The notes beneath the pieces are model-generated. The model saw nothing but the letters and a program-made list of their open reading frames with translations. It was not told the origin of the DNA and did no database searches. DNA of 64,000 nt from Tubiluchus corallicola (lineage: Eukaryota > Animalia > Priapulida): contig JAQGDQ010000023.1 of assembly GCA_030141605.1 (NCBI GenBank), positions 1,054,001-1,118,000 of the forward strand, given 5' to 3'. Positions 1-10,672 of this stretch are shown in pieces. Within the stretch, counting starts at the first letter, position 1. Every line of letters begins with the position of its first letter. A program made the translations under genes and the position numbers.

Positions 1-108
1 TAGCTTGGATTAAGTCAGAAAATATTTTTGATAAGCAATGCCGTAAATAAACAAACTACTGTTACTACACCAACATGCAAGAAAAAGCACTGTTATAAGA
101 AATGTTAC

Positions 109-179
109 CTTACGAGTCATTTTATCGAGAAAAACTTTGAAGACTTTATCGCTGACTACACTGATGCATTGCCACATAC
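109..179 (-). CDS. PI4KA: PI4KA exon 22 (MWQCISVVSDKVFKVFLDKMTRK)
   Basis: ttcatcag| acceptor, AAG|gtaaca donor, 71 nt; matches GMMQCVIAVADKVFDAFL. Confidence 0.93.
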
Positions 180-699
180 CTGATGAACAATATAACAATA
201 GTTTGCATTAAATTAAACACAGTATAAAATAAATGTGTAAGTTTAATATACAAGGAAAGGTATGCTAGGATAGTTTTTTGATTAGGATAACTCTTAGCAC
301 CTCAGATTTTTTGACGTTGTGGCTGATGATTTTACCAATAAAACTGCCAGTGTTTTGCTTTGCTATTTTTGATTAATATTTCTTTGTGATATCACAAGCA
401 GGCAACCGTTGTTGCTCAGAAAGATCAGGGGTCACGAAAAGTGTGGCGACTGGAAAAATGACGTTATTTGGATAATAAACATTTAAAACAGTAATATCCT
501 TTCAGATCTATCTTCAGTCTATTTAAATGAGCAATACAACATTTTTAAAGTGCAAAAGTTTAAACTTACAGTACTATTTTTTTCATCTGTGTTGGTTTTG
601 CATTCCTTAACATGTCAAGAATCTAAGGAATCAGTCATGTCAAGTTATTATGAACATCATGTGTAATGTAGTAGTAAATTTGGAGGTGGAAATGCAGTC

Positions 700-1490
700 C
701 AAAAAATTTTACTTGAAGGGAATCGGAAGACGAGAAACATAGGTAGTGATTAAATGATGAAGAAAGTGACCTTCTTATGATTGCAGAATTGACCCCTCCG
801 TCGTGTTATAGATTTCTTCACATTCTGAGACAAGCATGCGGCGGAAGTGTTGCCCTTATTAACTGTGCTACTTTCATTATTGAGAAAGTTTTTCTAAACT
901 CTGATTACAAGACATTCGTTTTCAACTTTCATTATGATGACATGAATTGTGCAGATGCCAACAAGTACCATGATCGGTTGGAGTCAGGTTCTTGGATTCA
1001 GTACGTGACATGAATTGTGCAGATGCCAACAAGTACCATGATCGGTTGGAGTCAGGTTCTTGGATTCAGTACGTGAATAATACAACTCACATCGATACAT
1101 TACTGGTCACATTCTTTCAAGTTCAAATGACAACATTGACTGATGTTCGGGTTGAACCCCTTCATTCTGTGTCTCATCATCTGTACCTTACCATCACTGT
1201 AAATGGTTGTGTACATACTAAACGCAATTGAATTCAAGTTCGTAATATGAAATCAACAGAGCTGGAGTCATTCATTTCAGATTTACATACTGATCTAGTA
1301 AATATTAGTCGCCATGATGCTACTTTGCATAGAAATTTATCTGTTAATTTGCTTACAAATTCCTCTTTTCTCTTAGTAATATACTCAGTAATCATGTTAA
1401 TTTATGTGACCATGTTGTGTCTACTCATCAGCCTGCCCCATGGACACAAACGAAGTTCTGAATGCAATGATTCAGTAAATTTTATGTCTT
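700..1490 (+). mobile_element. Decayed LINE (CR1/L2-group) APE endonuclease fragment
   Basis: FNFHYDD...ANKYHDRLESGSWIQYVNNTTH.DTLL resembles GDFNIH...QHV..PTH...TLDL; frameshifted; boundaries approximate. Confidence 0.55.
938..1076 (+). repeat. Perfect 68-bp tandem duplication
   Basis: tgacatgaattgtgcagatgcc...ggattcagtacg begins at 938 and again at 1006. Confidence 0.95.
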
Positions 1491-2217
1491 AGGATAGTTT
1501 TACACTAGCTGTGACTGATCATAGAAGGGTCAGTGTTCCGTGTGTTTTTTTGCCTGAATAAATGGCCTGTAAATGAGAATGGAGTAAAATTCCTTTTAGC
1601 TTGCAATCAATTACTGATTTTAACTGTTTTAAAACTAATCTAAAATATTTCTACCATAACACTTAATTTGTGAGCCTGGTGAATTTGTAAATACTTTTGT
1701 ACTTGTTCTGTGGGGTATTTAGGCCTTGTGTTTTTATGTATATTTGTGTATCATAGCACAACTGAGTAAATTGTCATTAATTATCATCATTAATGAATTA
1801 TTAATTCAAGCAGCAAAAATATGACAGAAATAGCCAAAATGGTTTATAATCAATAATCAATGATTCTAAAAAAAACACAAACTTGTTAATTTAAAGTACT
1901 TAATTTTTTACAGAATTTCAGCAATTGATATAAGACAAAGACTGAGTTAAAAACAGACAAAAAGATTCACAGAGTTCCAGAAGAATTCAAGATCAGCAAT
2001 TGGTAGTCAAACAAAAATAACAAAAGTTTACCCACAAGTGCCAAAATTGCATCTGTGACTCCCTTTAGACAAGCTTGTTAATTATGCAAACTCATCTATG
2101 GATGAAAGAAGCAGGTGGAAATTATTCGACAAGAATTTACAAATGGGTTCCGTTTCAAATGGAAACAATAAAAAAGTCTAATAAATAATTTGTCTAATAA
2201 ACAAAAGAGTTCATTAC

Positions 2218-2300
2218 CAGCTTTGTCCTTTTGTATAGCTGGATCCTCCAAATATTGAAACATGGAATGGAAACTTTCCACTTCAGATGAATGCGCAACT
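2218..2300 (-). CDS. PI4KA: PI4KA exon 21 (VAHSSEVESFHSMFQYLEDPAIQKDKA)
   Basis: tttttag| acceptor, G|gtaatg donor, 83 nt; matches MFCYFEDKAIQKDKSG. Confidence 0.94.
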
Positions 2301-2795
2301 CTAAAAATAACAACATGGTAATTAACAGTAAAAACATTTTGAGTAAGTTAAAATTAAATAGTAGTTATTTTCAACTACAATAATGTGCAATCATTTAACA
2401 ACAGGCTATCTTCTACAGATTAGGTTGACAGTACATCCCACTAAATGCCCGAAGAGACAATTAACAACCTAACTGAGGTAACTGCTTTACGAAGAAGCAT
2501 TTCAACCCAAAGCTGATCATTTTATAATACTGATGGGCTTGCATGGCTATGAAGCCCGAGTTGGCCACATTAATCCTCTAAAAGTTTTACAGGAAATTTT
2601 ACGTACTTTGGTAAAAGAACGAGGGATTAGTTTTTGTCAGCAAATCTTTTAATGATTTAAAAACACTCATTATTTGTTTTCTGCAGCGATCTCAATGAGA
2701 CAAATTGATTGGTGTACATTGACTGTGTTTGCTTTACCTTTGGCCAACACGTCATGGGTCAAGAAGTGACAAGTTATAATTTCATTGAAAATTAG

Positions 2796-2797
<2 letters not shown>

Positions 2798-2836
<39 letters not shown>
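2798..2836. repeat. (TAA)n microsatellite
   Basis: About 13 perfect TAA units. Confidence 0.95.
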
Positions 2837-2838
<2 letters not shown>

Positions 2839-3136
2839 TTACAATACAATCAAATTCACATCTAAAATAAATTACGATATATACAAGTTTATTATTTCAC
2901 AAAAAGTTTCTGGTGTTTAGGTCTTTATAAAATTCATTTTCCACTAAACGTTTTACAAGTTCAGCAGTGTCTTATACAGTAGGTACAGTATAATCAGCTA
3001 GTATTCCTAGTGACTTACAAAAGTAAACATCGTACAGCAAATAAAAACAATGTCAGTGAGCAGACGATTCAAAACTGTTTAATTCACTCACAACAACAGA
3101 TTTTCAACGTTTTTATAATTACAAGAACTTTGTGGG

Positions 3137-4002
3137 CAGGGGCATCGTGCACCAAAAAAAAATTGGGGAGGGGGGCCCGACTGTATATAATGGCGGAAGT
3201 TAACTGTTTAAGAAAACGTATAATTTTGAAAAAAAATAAACAGTATTTTGCGTGCAAGAAAAATGATTTATTTATTCCCAACTGGCATTTAACTTAAAGC
3301 TATAGCAACGGAAACTTAATTAAAATTAAAATTTAATTAAGTATTTATTAGCTGTCAGGAATCCGACGCAGAACATCACTCCAGAAGAGCTCAACCACAG
3401 ACTTCAAGTCCATATTCTTTGTTTTCTCAGCCTCAACTGCAAGGATCATCGGGTCACTCAGTCGTGCCTGACTCATTGTACTGCGGAGAGCATTCTTGAC
3501 AAATTGCGGGAACACGGTTGGACTTGAAAAATGAAGTCAGATTGGACTGCCTTGACATCGTTTAAGAAATATAGTTAAAATCGAAAGCAAAAACTAGCAA
3601 AGATTTTCCTAGCAGGAGGAAAATGATGAAATGTGCTCAAAATCACGCCCTTTTATGCAGCAAACTGGTGGGAAAGAGTCGCTAAGGAGTCGGTAATGTC
3701 CAATCAGGAGGTGGCTGAGCCGTGGCTCATCAATTTGTATCTCCCAAACCAACTCTCTGGTACTAGGCTAGCTCGACAAACTGACTCTCTGGTACTAGGC
3801 TAGTTCAACATGACTTCAATGTTTGCATTGTTTTTGCTCTATTATTTCACTTATTCTCTATTATGGAGCACTGGCCCGCTATTGCGTGTCAAAAAGTCGG
3901 AAATAAATTTGCTTTCCGGTCTCATTACGCTGACACCCTTCAAATTTTTGACATTTTCTAAAAAAATTGCCCCCCCCCGGTCCCTATGGCACGACACCAC
4001 TG
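3137..4002 (-). mobile_element. Non-autonomous hAT DNA transposon carrying a transposase C-terminal (dimerisation-domain) remnant
   Basis: Perfect 8-bp TSD tttgtggg (3129-3136 and 4003-4010); imperfect TIRs caggggcatcgtgc / cagtggtgtcgtgc; minus strand 3348-3503 reads FVKNALRSTMSQARLSDPMILAVEAEKTKNMDLKSVVELF (hATC KNxLRSTMxQxRL motif). Confidence 0.88.
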
Positions 4003-4389
4003 TTTGTGGGCCAACTTCTTCGCGAGAAAATGAAGCAGCCGACTTTGAAGGAATTTCTGTAATTTTTGCAAATAAACAGACTTAGAAAAGTCTGTGATTT
4101 AGAATAGTATACTTTTTAATTTATTGCTAATTCACTTATATAAATTAATATTTTAAAATATTTTTTCTAATTTGTAACTGCACAAAGGAATTTAGGCATT
4201 ACTTCATTTCTGAAATTCATTAAAAGCCTTGCAGTGCATAGTAAGCTGATGACTCATATTTTTATACCTGTAATACTCCACCCATCGGTTAATTGGATCA
4301 AAGCACGTCGGTCCCAACGTGAGTCTATAAAGCGGCGCCTACTGTATTTCATACGGACGGATTGGCCTGGTCTATTTATCACCTATTAA

Positions 4390-5323
4390 CTTCATAGAGG
4401 ATTCCATAATTTCATGGAAAATAATCTGTACATATACCATTCCATTTTATACAACAACTAAGTCAACTGTACCAGCTTATCAGTATTTTAAAATATTCAG
4501 GCACATTTGTCTATCAATTTGATATAAAGACCACAGTGTAAAACCTTATCAAAGGCTTTGCTAGCATCTAGAAAAGCGCAATATATATTACTACCATTAG
4601 TTCTAAAATAACGATCAGTTTCACGTACAGTGAATATAGCATGTGAACAACTTGAATCATTTTTATATACAATTTGAAGTTCATCACTTTGAAGAAATTT
4701 TCAAGTTTCTCAACTAATACAGATTCACAAAATTTCGAAATAACAGCACTAATAGTAATACCTCTATAATTATTAATATTTGTTATGTCACCCCTTGAGT
4801 CCTTAATTAGAGAAATTACGACACCTTTAAAAAATGATCAAGGAACATAACAATGAGTGATTATTAAATTAAATAGTATGGCTAAGTGTACAGCAAGTAG
4901 GTCTGGGGCATTAATTAAGTGTTCTGCTTTTAGTGCATCAAACCCAGCTGCTTTATCACAAGCTAACATTTGCATTTGAATTTTCATGTTTTCTACGCTT
5001 ATAAAATACTCACTTGTATCACAGCTGGCAAATCCATTGACTGTAATTTTATTTTCAATAATTCATTCAAGTCATTATTTATTGGCTGGTAAATCTTACA
5101 AAAGTGTTATTTAAATTCAATGGCCACCTCTTTGCTAACAATTAACTTATTTATTACTTGATTGGTACCTTTATAAATCTATTTCCATGACTTCCAAACT
5201 TTTATAGTTTTGATCTATTAACTTATTTGTAAATACATAGTTTTGCTCTATTTCAGCATTCCTTTTTGCACAGTGAATTGCCTGCTTATACTGAGCTTTA
5301 CACTGTATTCTGTTTAAATTAAT
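4390..5323 (-). mobile_element. Decayed LINE ORF2 (RT region), part left of the LTR insertion
   Basis: Minus-strand motifs NNYRGITISAVISK and GSNIYCAFLDASKAFDKV; the reading continues at 9422-9460 on the far side of the LTR element. Confidence 0.8.
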
Positions 5324-5328
5324 TACAA

Positions 5329-6448
5329 TGTGATGGTCCCCCATCTAGCAGATTACTGCTACTAATTATTTTTCACTTTAAGTATTAATCTTAACAGTAT
5401 CACGAATTGTTTACCTAATGATTGATAATATTGATGTATTGATTTAATATTCCAATCTTGTGCTGCCATCTTTAGCCAAGAGTAGCCAAGTTTTGATAAA
5501 GTTATCCATTAATTGAAGCCAGTTTCTGTCAAGCTACCTTCAATATGTAATTAGGCAGAAGAAGATGAAATTCGTTTCGTTTCAACATCACTTGTATTTT
5601 TCAAGCGAAAATATGTTTAGCAACAATTTTATTCATGACAATATTATGTCCAAGTTTGAACAAATGTGAAAGGTTCGTTGCTGTACTATTGAGGTCACTT
5701 CACCCGGAACTCGTTTCTGATTGGTCGACTAACTTTCGAGGCCTGGATATTAGAGGTATTGGCCTACGTGGCAGAGAGTAGAATGGCCGTGTTGAGAAAT
5801 GGTCAGATATAACTATATCAAGGTTTCTTTCATACGATGATTGAACGAGAATGGATGGTTTGTTCATTATTATGTTCTTCTCATTCGTTGGTGAACGATG
5901 TTTTGCTGGTGAAACCTCGTCACTTAACGCAATTGCTGAGAGACAATTGTTACATTAGGCATTCATTACATACCCTAATTACATTTACGTTGGATGAAGA
6001 TACTGTCACCTATGACTTCACGTTCGATGGTCTAAATCGCTCCCGTTCTGCGTGGGAACTCGGAGGAGATGATCTTCTTATTATCCGATCTCAAGAGGTC
6101 CTATTCTGTGTCCTGCCAGTTTGATGGAAAGCTGTGGAGACTTCCTGAAAAAGGCTACCTGCTGCCCACAAAGTAGACTGAGAGAGACGCTAACTTAGCC
6201 GACCTCCATTGGATACCAAATTCTGCTGCATTACTAACGTGCGTGAGGAAGGACCGGTCCCACCCAAGTACTGGAGAAAAGACCTCGCTTTGGTTAACTA
6301 CTATTTTGTTAATGTTGTTTGCTGAAAGACTGTTTTTTTATAATGTCCTGTACAATGCTCGCTCTGTAAATTGAAATAATAATCCTGACGCTTATCTATA
6401 AAAGCAAAAATAATTTGCAAACGTGTTTTATTGTCACAGGATGTTACA
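5329..6448 (+). repeat. 5' LTR (1120 bp)
   Basis: Begins tgtgatggtcccc, ends caggatgttaca; direct repeat of 8316-9421; contains a CCAAT-like ctgattgg (~5717) and tataa (~5808). Confidence 0.95.
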
Positions 6449-6449
6449 T

Positions 6450-6462
6450 TGGTGTCAGAAGT
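6450..6462 (+). promoter_or_regulatory. Primer-binding site complementary to the tRNA-Leu 3' end
   Basis: TGGTGTCAGAAGT one base after the 5' LTR; reverse complement ACTTCTGACACCA matches the 3' end of animal tRNA-Leu as recalled. Confidence 0.8.
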
Positions 6463-6912
6463 TTTACCGAGTTTAATATTAATAGTATATAATTGATTTT
6501 GCCTTCCTATTAGCACTTAAATGCAGTGGAACTGCTACGTTGGTTGTGAAAATGTTATAATTTTCAACCTGTTGCATAAATATTAGCAAATTGCTTAAAC
6601 TGATTAAGCGACTAGTAAACTTTTGGTAACTGTGAAAGATATCACTTTAATTCACTGGAATTTTCCAAGAATTTATTCAGTACAGGCTGTATAATCTAAT
6701 TTGTTTCTCTAAACTAGATATAGCCATTTCTAGGTCAAATTTTACCTTGCTCATACGTTAGCTTTGCTGTTTGTTTATAAAATCAAGTTGTCAGAAAAAT
6801 ATTTTTTCCGCGGCGGACAGATAGCTGGTTCAAGGTCGCCAAAACTTGAATGTGGTTTCGCAGCAGTTATAACAGCAGCGAAAACGGTTTAATAAGATTA
6901 TTTGGTTGTTAT

Positions 6913-7991
6913 AGTTGGCGACCAACTATTGACTACCGACAGTTAAATGCTTGTACAATTTGCAACCCATATCCAATGCCTCGCCCGGACGATATAATCG
7001 ATGATCTTCACAACGTCGCTTGGATATCGACACTTGATTTGTCCAAGGCATACTGGCAAATCGAGCTTGCCCCTGAATCACAACCCATATCAGCTTTTGT
7101 AACTGATTCTGGTAAGTTCGAGTTCATCGTCATGCCTTTTGGCTTACAGAATGCTGCCAGTACTGCACAGTCACTTATGGACCGCGTTTTAGAAAACGTA
7201 AGAGATTCTTCACGAGGTTACATTGATGATGTGTTAATCAAGTCGCGAGATTGGTCACATCACTTGGAAATTGTAGATGGCACGCTTACTTGCATTCGTA
7301 AGGCAGGCTTGACTGTTAAGCCACTCAAGTGCCATTTTGCTCTGCGTGAGGCAAAGAACCGCCTACGTCCTCAACAGAAGAAGCTACAACAAATATGTGA
7401 TTTTCCACGGCCACAAACAAAAACTCAAGTACGTAGATTCCTAGGAATGGTTGGCTTCTACAGACATTTTATTGAGAACTTCAGCACTATCACTGCACCT
7501 CTGTATTCTTTAACAGAAAAATATGCACCTACCCAAGTACCTTGGTCAGAAGCTTGTGAGAAGAGCTTTCTTACCCTTCAGAATGCTTTAACTTCTGACA
7601 GTGTTCTACATTCCCCTGATTATTCGAAACCATTTATCCTAACTACAGATGCCAGCTTTGTGGTGTACTCACACAAGATCGTATGGATGGTTTGGGTGAA
7701 GTGCCTATCACATATGTCAGTCGTAGGCTTACACCCACCGAAGTCAGATATTCTGTAGTTGAATGTGAACTTCTGAGTGTTGTATTTTGCGTGCAGAAGT
7801 TAAATTACTATTTAGAAGGCCACCAGTTTACATTGCGTACTGATCAAAGAAGTTTGCTTGCGCTCAGAAAAATGCGTACGAATAACAGACGTTTGTGTCA
7901 CTGGGCACACATTCTTTCAGAATACGGCTTTACAATTGAGCATATTGCTGGCGCTCAAAACCTTGCTGCTGATGCTTTAAGTTGGAAATAA
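6913..7991 (+). pseudogene. Gypsy reverse transcriptase-RNase H, N-terminally truncated and frameshifted
   Basis: WRPTIDYRQLN, YPMPR, LDLSKAYWQ, MPFGLQNA, YIDD, FLGMVGFYRHFI, TDAS, YSVVECELL, TDQRSL, ADALS; YLGH segment missing; frameshift near 7660 (ORFs 6850-7758 and 7683-7991). Confidence 0.93.
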
Positions 7992-8315
7992 ATATAAAAC
8001 GTCAGAGTATGAAATGCCCAACAAGTTGTATTACTTTTTCAATGCTTAAATAAGTTGGCATTTTTAGATGCTATATATATGATATATTGGTTTTGATGAT
8101 ATATTTGAGGTGTATGATGTAATGATTAATCTACTTCTTTCTATCTTTATTCTGTCTGAGTTAAAAATATCTAATAACTCAGTCAGCTACAAAGTCGTTA
8201 CTTCTGTTCATGTTTGCTATTGTATATGTAAGACGTTATCTTATCTTAGCAGTGAAAAATGTTAAGTTTCGTAATCATGATCCTGAAATATTTAATATTC
8301 TTTAGGGGACGGCTC

Positions 8316-9421
8316 TGTGATGGTCCCCCATCTAGCAAATTACTGCTACTAATTATTTTTCACTTAATCTTAACGGTACCACGAATAGTTTACCTAATGA
8401 TTGATAATATTGATGTATTGATTTAATATTCCAATCTTGTGCTGCCATCTTTAGCCAAGAGTAGCCAAGTTTTGATAAAGTTATCCATTAATTGAAGCCA
8501 GTTTCTGTCAAGCTACCTTAAATATGTAATTAGGCAGAAGAAGATGAAATTTGTTTTGTTTCAACATCACTTGTATTTTTCAAGCGAAAATACGTTTAGA
8601 AACAATTTTATTCATGACAATATTATGTCCAAGTTTGAACAAATGTGAAAGGTTCGTTGCTGTACTATTGAGGTCACTTCACCCGGAACTCGTTTCTGAT
8701 TGGTCGGCTAGCTTTCGAGGCCTGGACATTAGAGGTATTGGCCTACGTGGCAGGGAGTAGAATGGCCGTGTTGAGAAATGGTCAGATATAACTATATCAT
8801 GGTTTCTTTCATACGATGATTGAACGAGAATGGATGGTTTGTTCATTATTCGTTGGTGAACGATGTTCTTCTTTTGCTGGTGAAACCTAGTCGTCAGTTA
8901 ACGCAATTGCTGAGAGACATTTGTTAAATTAGGCATTCATTGCATAGCCTAATTACCTTTACGTTGGATGAAGATACTGTCACCTATGACTTCACATTCG
9001 ATGGTCTAAATCGCTCCCGTTCTGCGTGGGAACTCGGAGGAGATGATCTTCTTATTATCCGATCTCAAGAGATCCTATTCTGTGTCCTGCCAGTTTGATG
9101 GAAAGCTGTGGACACTTCCTGAAAAGGGCTACCTGCTGCCCACGAAGTAGACTGAGAGAGATGCTAACTTAGCCGACCTCCATTGGATACCGAATTCTGC
9201 TGCATTACTAACGTGCGTGAGGAAGGACCGGTCCTACCCAAGTACTGGAGAAGACCTCGCCTTGGTAAACTACTATTTTGTTAATGTTGTTTGCTGAAAG
9301 ACTGTTTTTTTATAATGTCCTGTACAATGCTCGCTCTGTAAATTGAAATAATAATCCTGACACTTATCTATAGAAGCAAAAATAATTTGCAAACGTGGTT
9401 TTATTGTCACAGGATGTTACA
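8316..9421 (+). repeat. 3' LTR (1106 bp)
   Basis: Same termini as the 5' LTR; manual comparison gives roughly 30 substitutions and about 6 small indels. Confidence 0.95.
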
Positions 9422-9630
9422 TACACCACTTCTTGGTTTACCAATAGTACACCATAATGTCGCGCACACCTTACCTAACATACATGTTGTTAATTATTTT
9501 GAAAAAAACATTTTTTATTCATAAAGACGAAATAAAAGCTGTCACTTAAAGTATCTCTGACCACAGAAGCAGAATCTTGTCACAGTTTTTGGCAGAGTAA
9601 ACCTAGTTCAGGTGTATGTCTAAAACTCAC

Positions 9631-9764
9631 CTTAATGTTTCCAGTTTGAACACAGACAAAAGATAAACTGACTGTGCAAAGTTGAGCTTGTTGACTAATG
9701 GTACAACTTCACTGTTGTGTTCTAAAAAGTTAATTATCGTGCTTCGTAAATCCTGCAGTTCGCC
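9631..9764 (-). CDS. PI4KA: PI4KA exon 20 ([44 protein letters not shown])
   Basis: ttattcag| acceptor, AG|gtgagt donor, 134 nt; matches ELSELRSTIINLL...YLLSVYRLEYMR. Confidence 0.94.
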
Positions 9765-9935
9765 CTGAATAAATTCAAATTTTTACAAAAATGATATTAA
9801 TAAGCATTCCATGAGAACTTATAACTAATATTACGATAACCTCAGATACATACAGATCTCTACTCTGAAAGTCCTGGCAATATATATATATATGACACAT
9901 TTTGCCATTAGTGAGCTTCTTTACAAAGGACAAAC

Positions 9936-10672
9936 CAGTGATGAGCAGACCACAATCAGATCATGATCTGTAAAATTTTTGTGGATCAGATCGGATTGCA
10001 GATCTACTATTGAAAATAAAGAATTATGCGGACCAGATGCAGGTAAAAATTTGGCGGATCGGACCTTTGCAGATTTTAATTTTCATTAAAGTTAATCCAC
10101 GATAGATAATAACGTGCACATTGCGGGACGAAAATGACAGAATGACACTCATCACAAGTACCAGGTTGAATAACAATGAAATTACAATAATGATTAGCTT
10201 CATTAATCATTAAATGAACATACTACTGTATGAGTAGCTGTAGCAGCAGTAATAAAAAATTTTATTTGCTATTGAAAATACTAATGTTAAAATAATAAAA
10301 TAACATCAGATAGAGAATATTGAAATATTCCTACTTAAAGTTACAATTAATCAATGAAAATCAAGCCTAGAGGTAAAAAAACACTGCAACAGGGTGCAAT
10401 TATTTCCACCGATTTAAATTTTTTTGTCTATTTAAACCAATGATAGCTAAAAATGCAGATTATTATGCGGATTTGAATTAAAAATAGCCATGTAAGCAGG
10501 ATGCAGATTGGAAACCTTGTGGATCAGGACAGATCGCAGATTTGAATTAATTTAGTAGAGCAGTTGCAGATCGCTGTTAATAGCAAAATGCGGATTTTAG
10601 AGCACTGCGTATTTCAAGTTTGCGAACCTAATTTTTTGCAGATCAGAAAATTAGTTGATCCGCTCATCCTTC
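9936..10672. mobile_element. Old hAT-like MITE with reiterated GC(G/A)GAT subterminal motifs
   Basis: Termini cagtgatgagcagacc and (reverse) gaaggatgagcggatc; many gcagat/cggatc motifs near both ends; TSD not convincing. Confidence 0.5.

Larger units (their letters stand above)
5329..9421 (+). mobile_element. Internally deleted Ty3/Gypsy LTR retrotransposon (Gmr1-like layout)
   Basis: Two TG...CA LTRs, a PBS, a purine-rich tract (aggggacgg, 8304-8312) before the 3' LTR, near-perfect TSD tacaa/tacac and RT-RNaseH remnants; no gag, protease or integrase visible. Confidence 0.93.

Noticed and set aside
320-350. Minimal hammerhead candidate tggctgatga...aaaactgcca
   Set aside because: GAAA box is absent and stem II is weak.
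2530-2566. Hammerhead-like motif (ctgat + gggctt...aagccc hairpin + ga)
   Set aside because: Core boxes are incomplete (no CUGANGA, no GAAA); at most a dead remnant.
5837-6124. 95-aa ORF inside the 5' LTR (and ORF 8551-8760 in the 3' LTR)
   Set aside because: Not reported as the same ORF in both LTR copies and no recognisable motifs.
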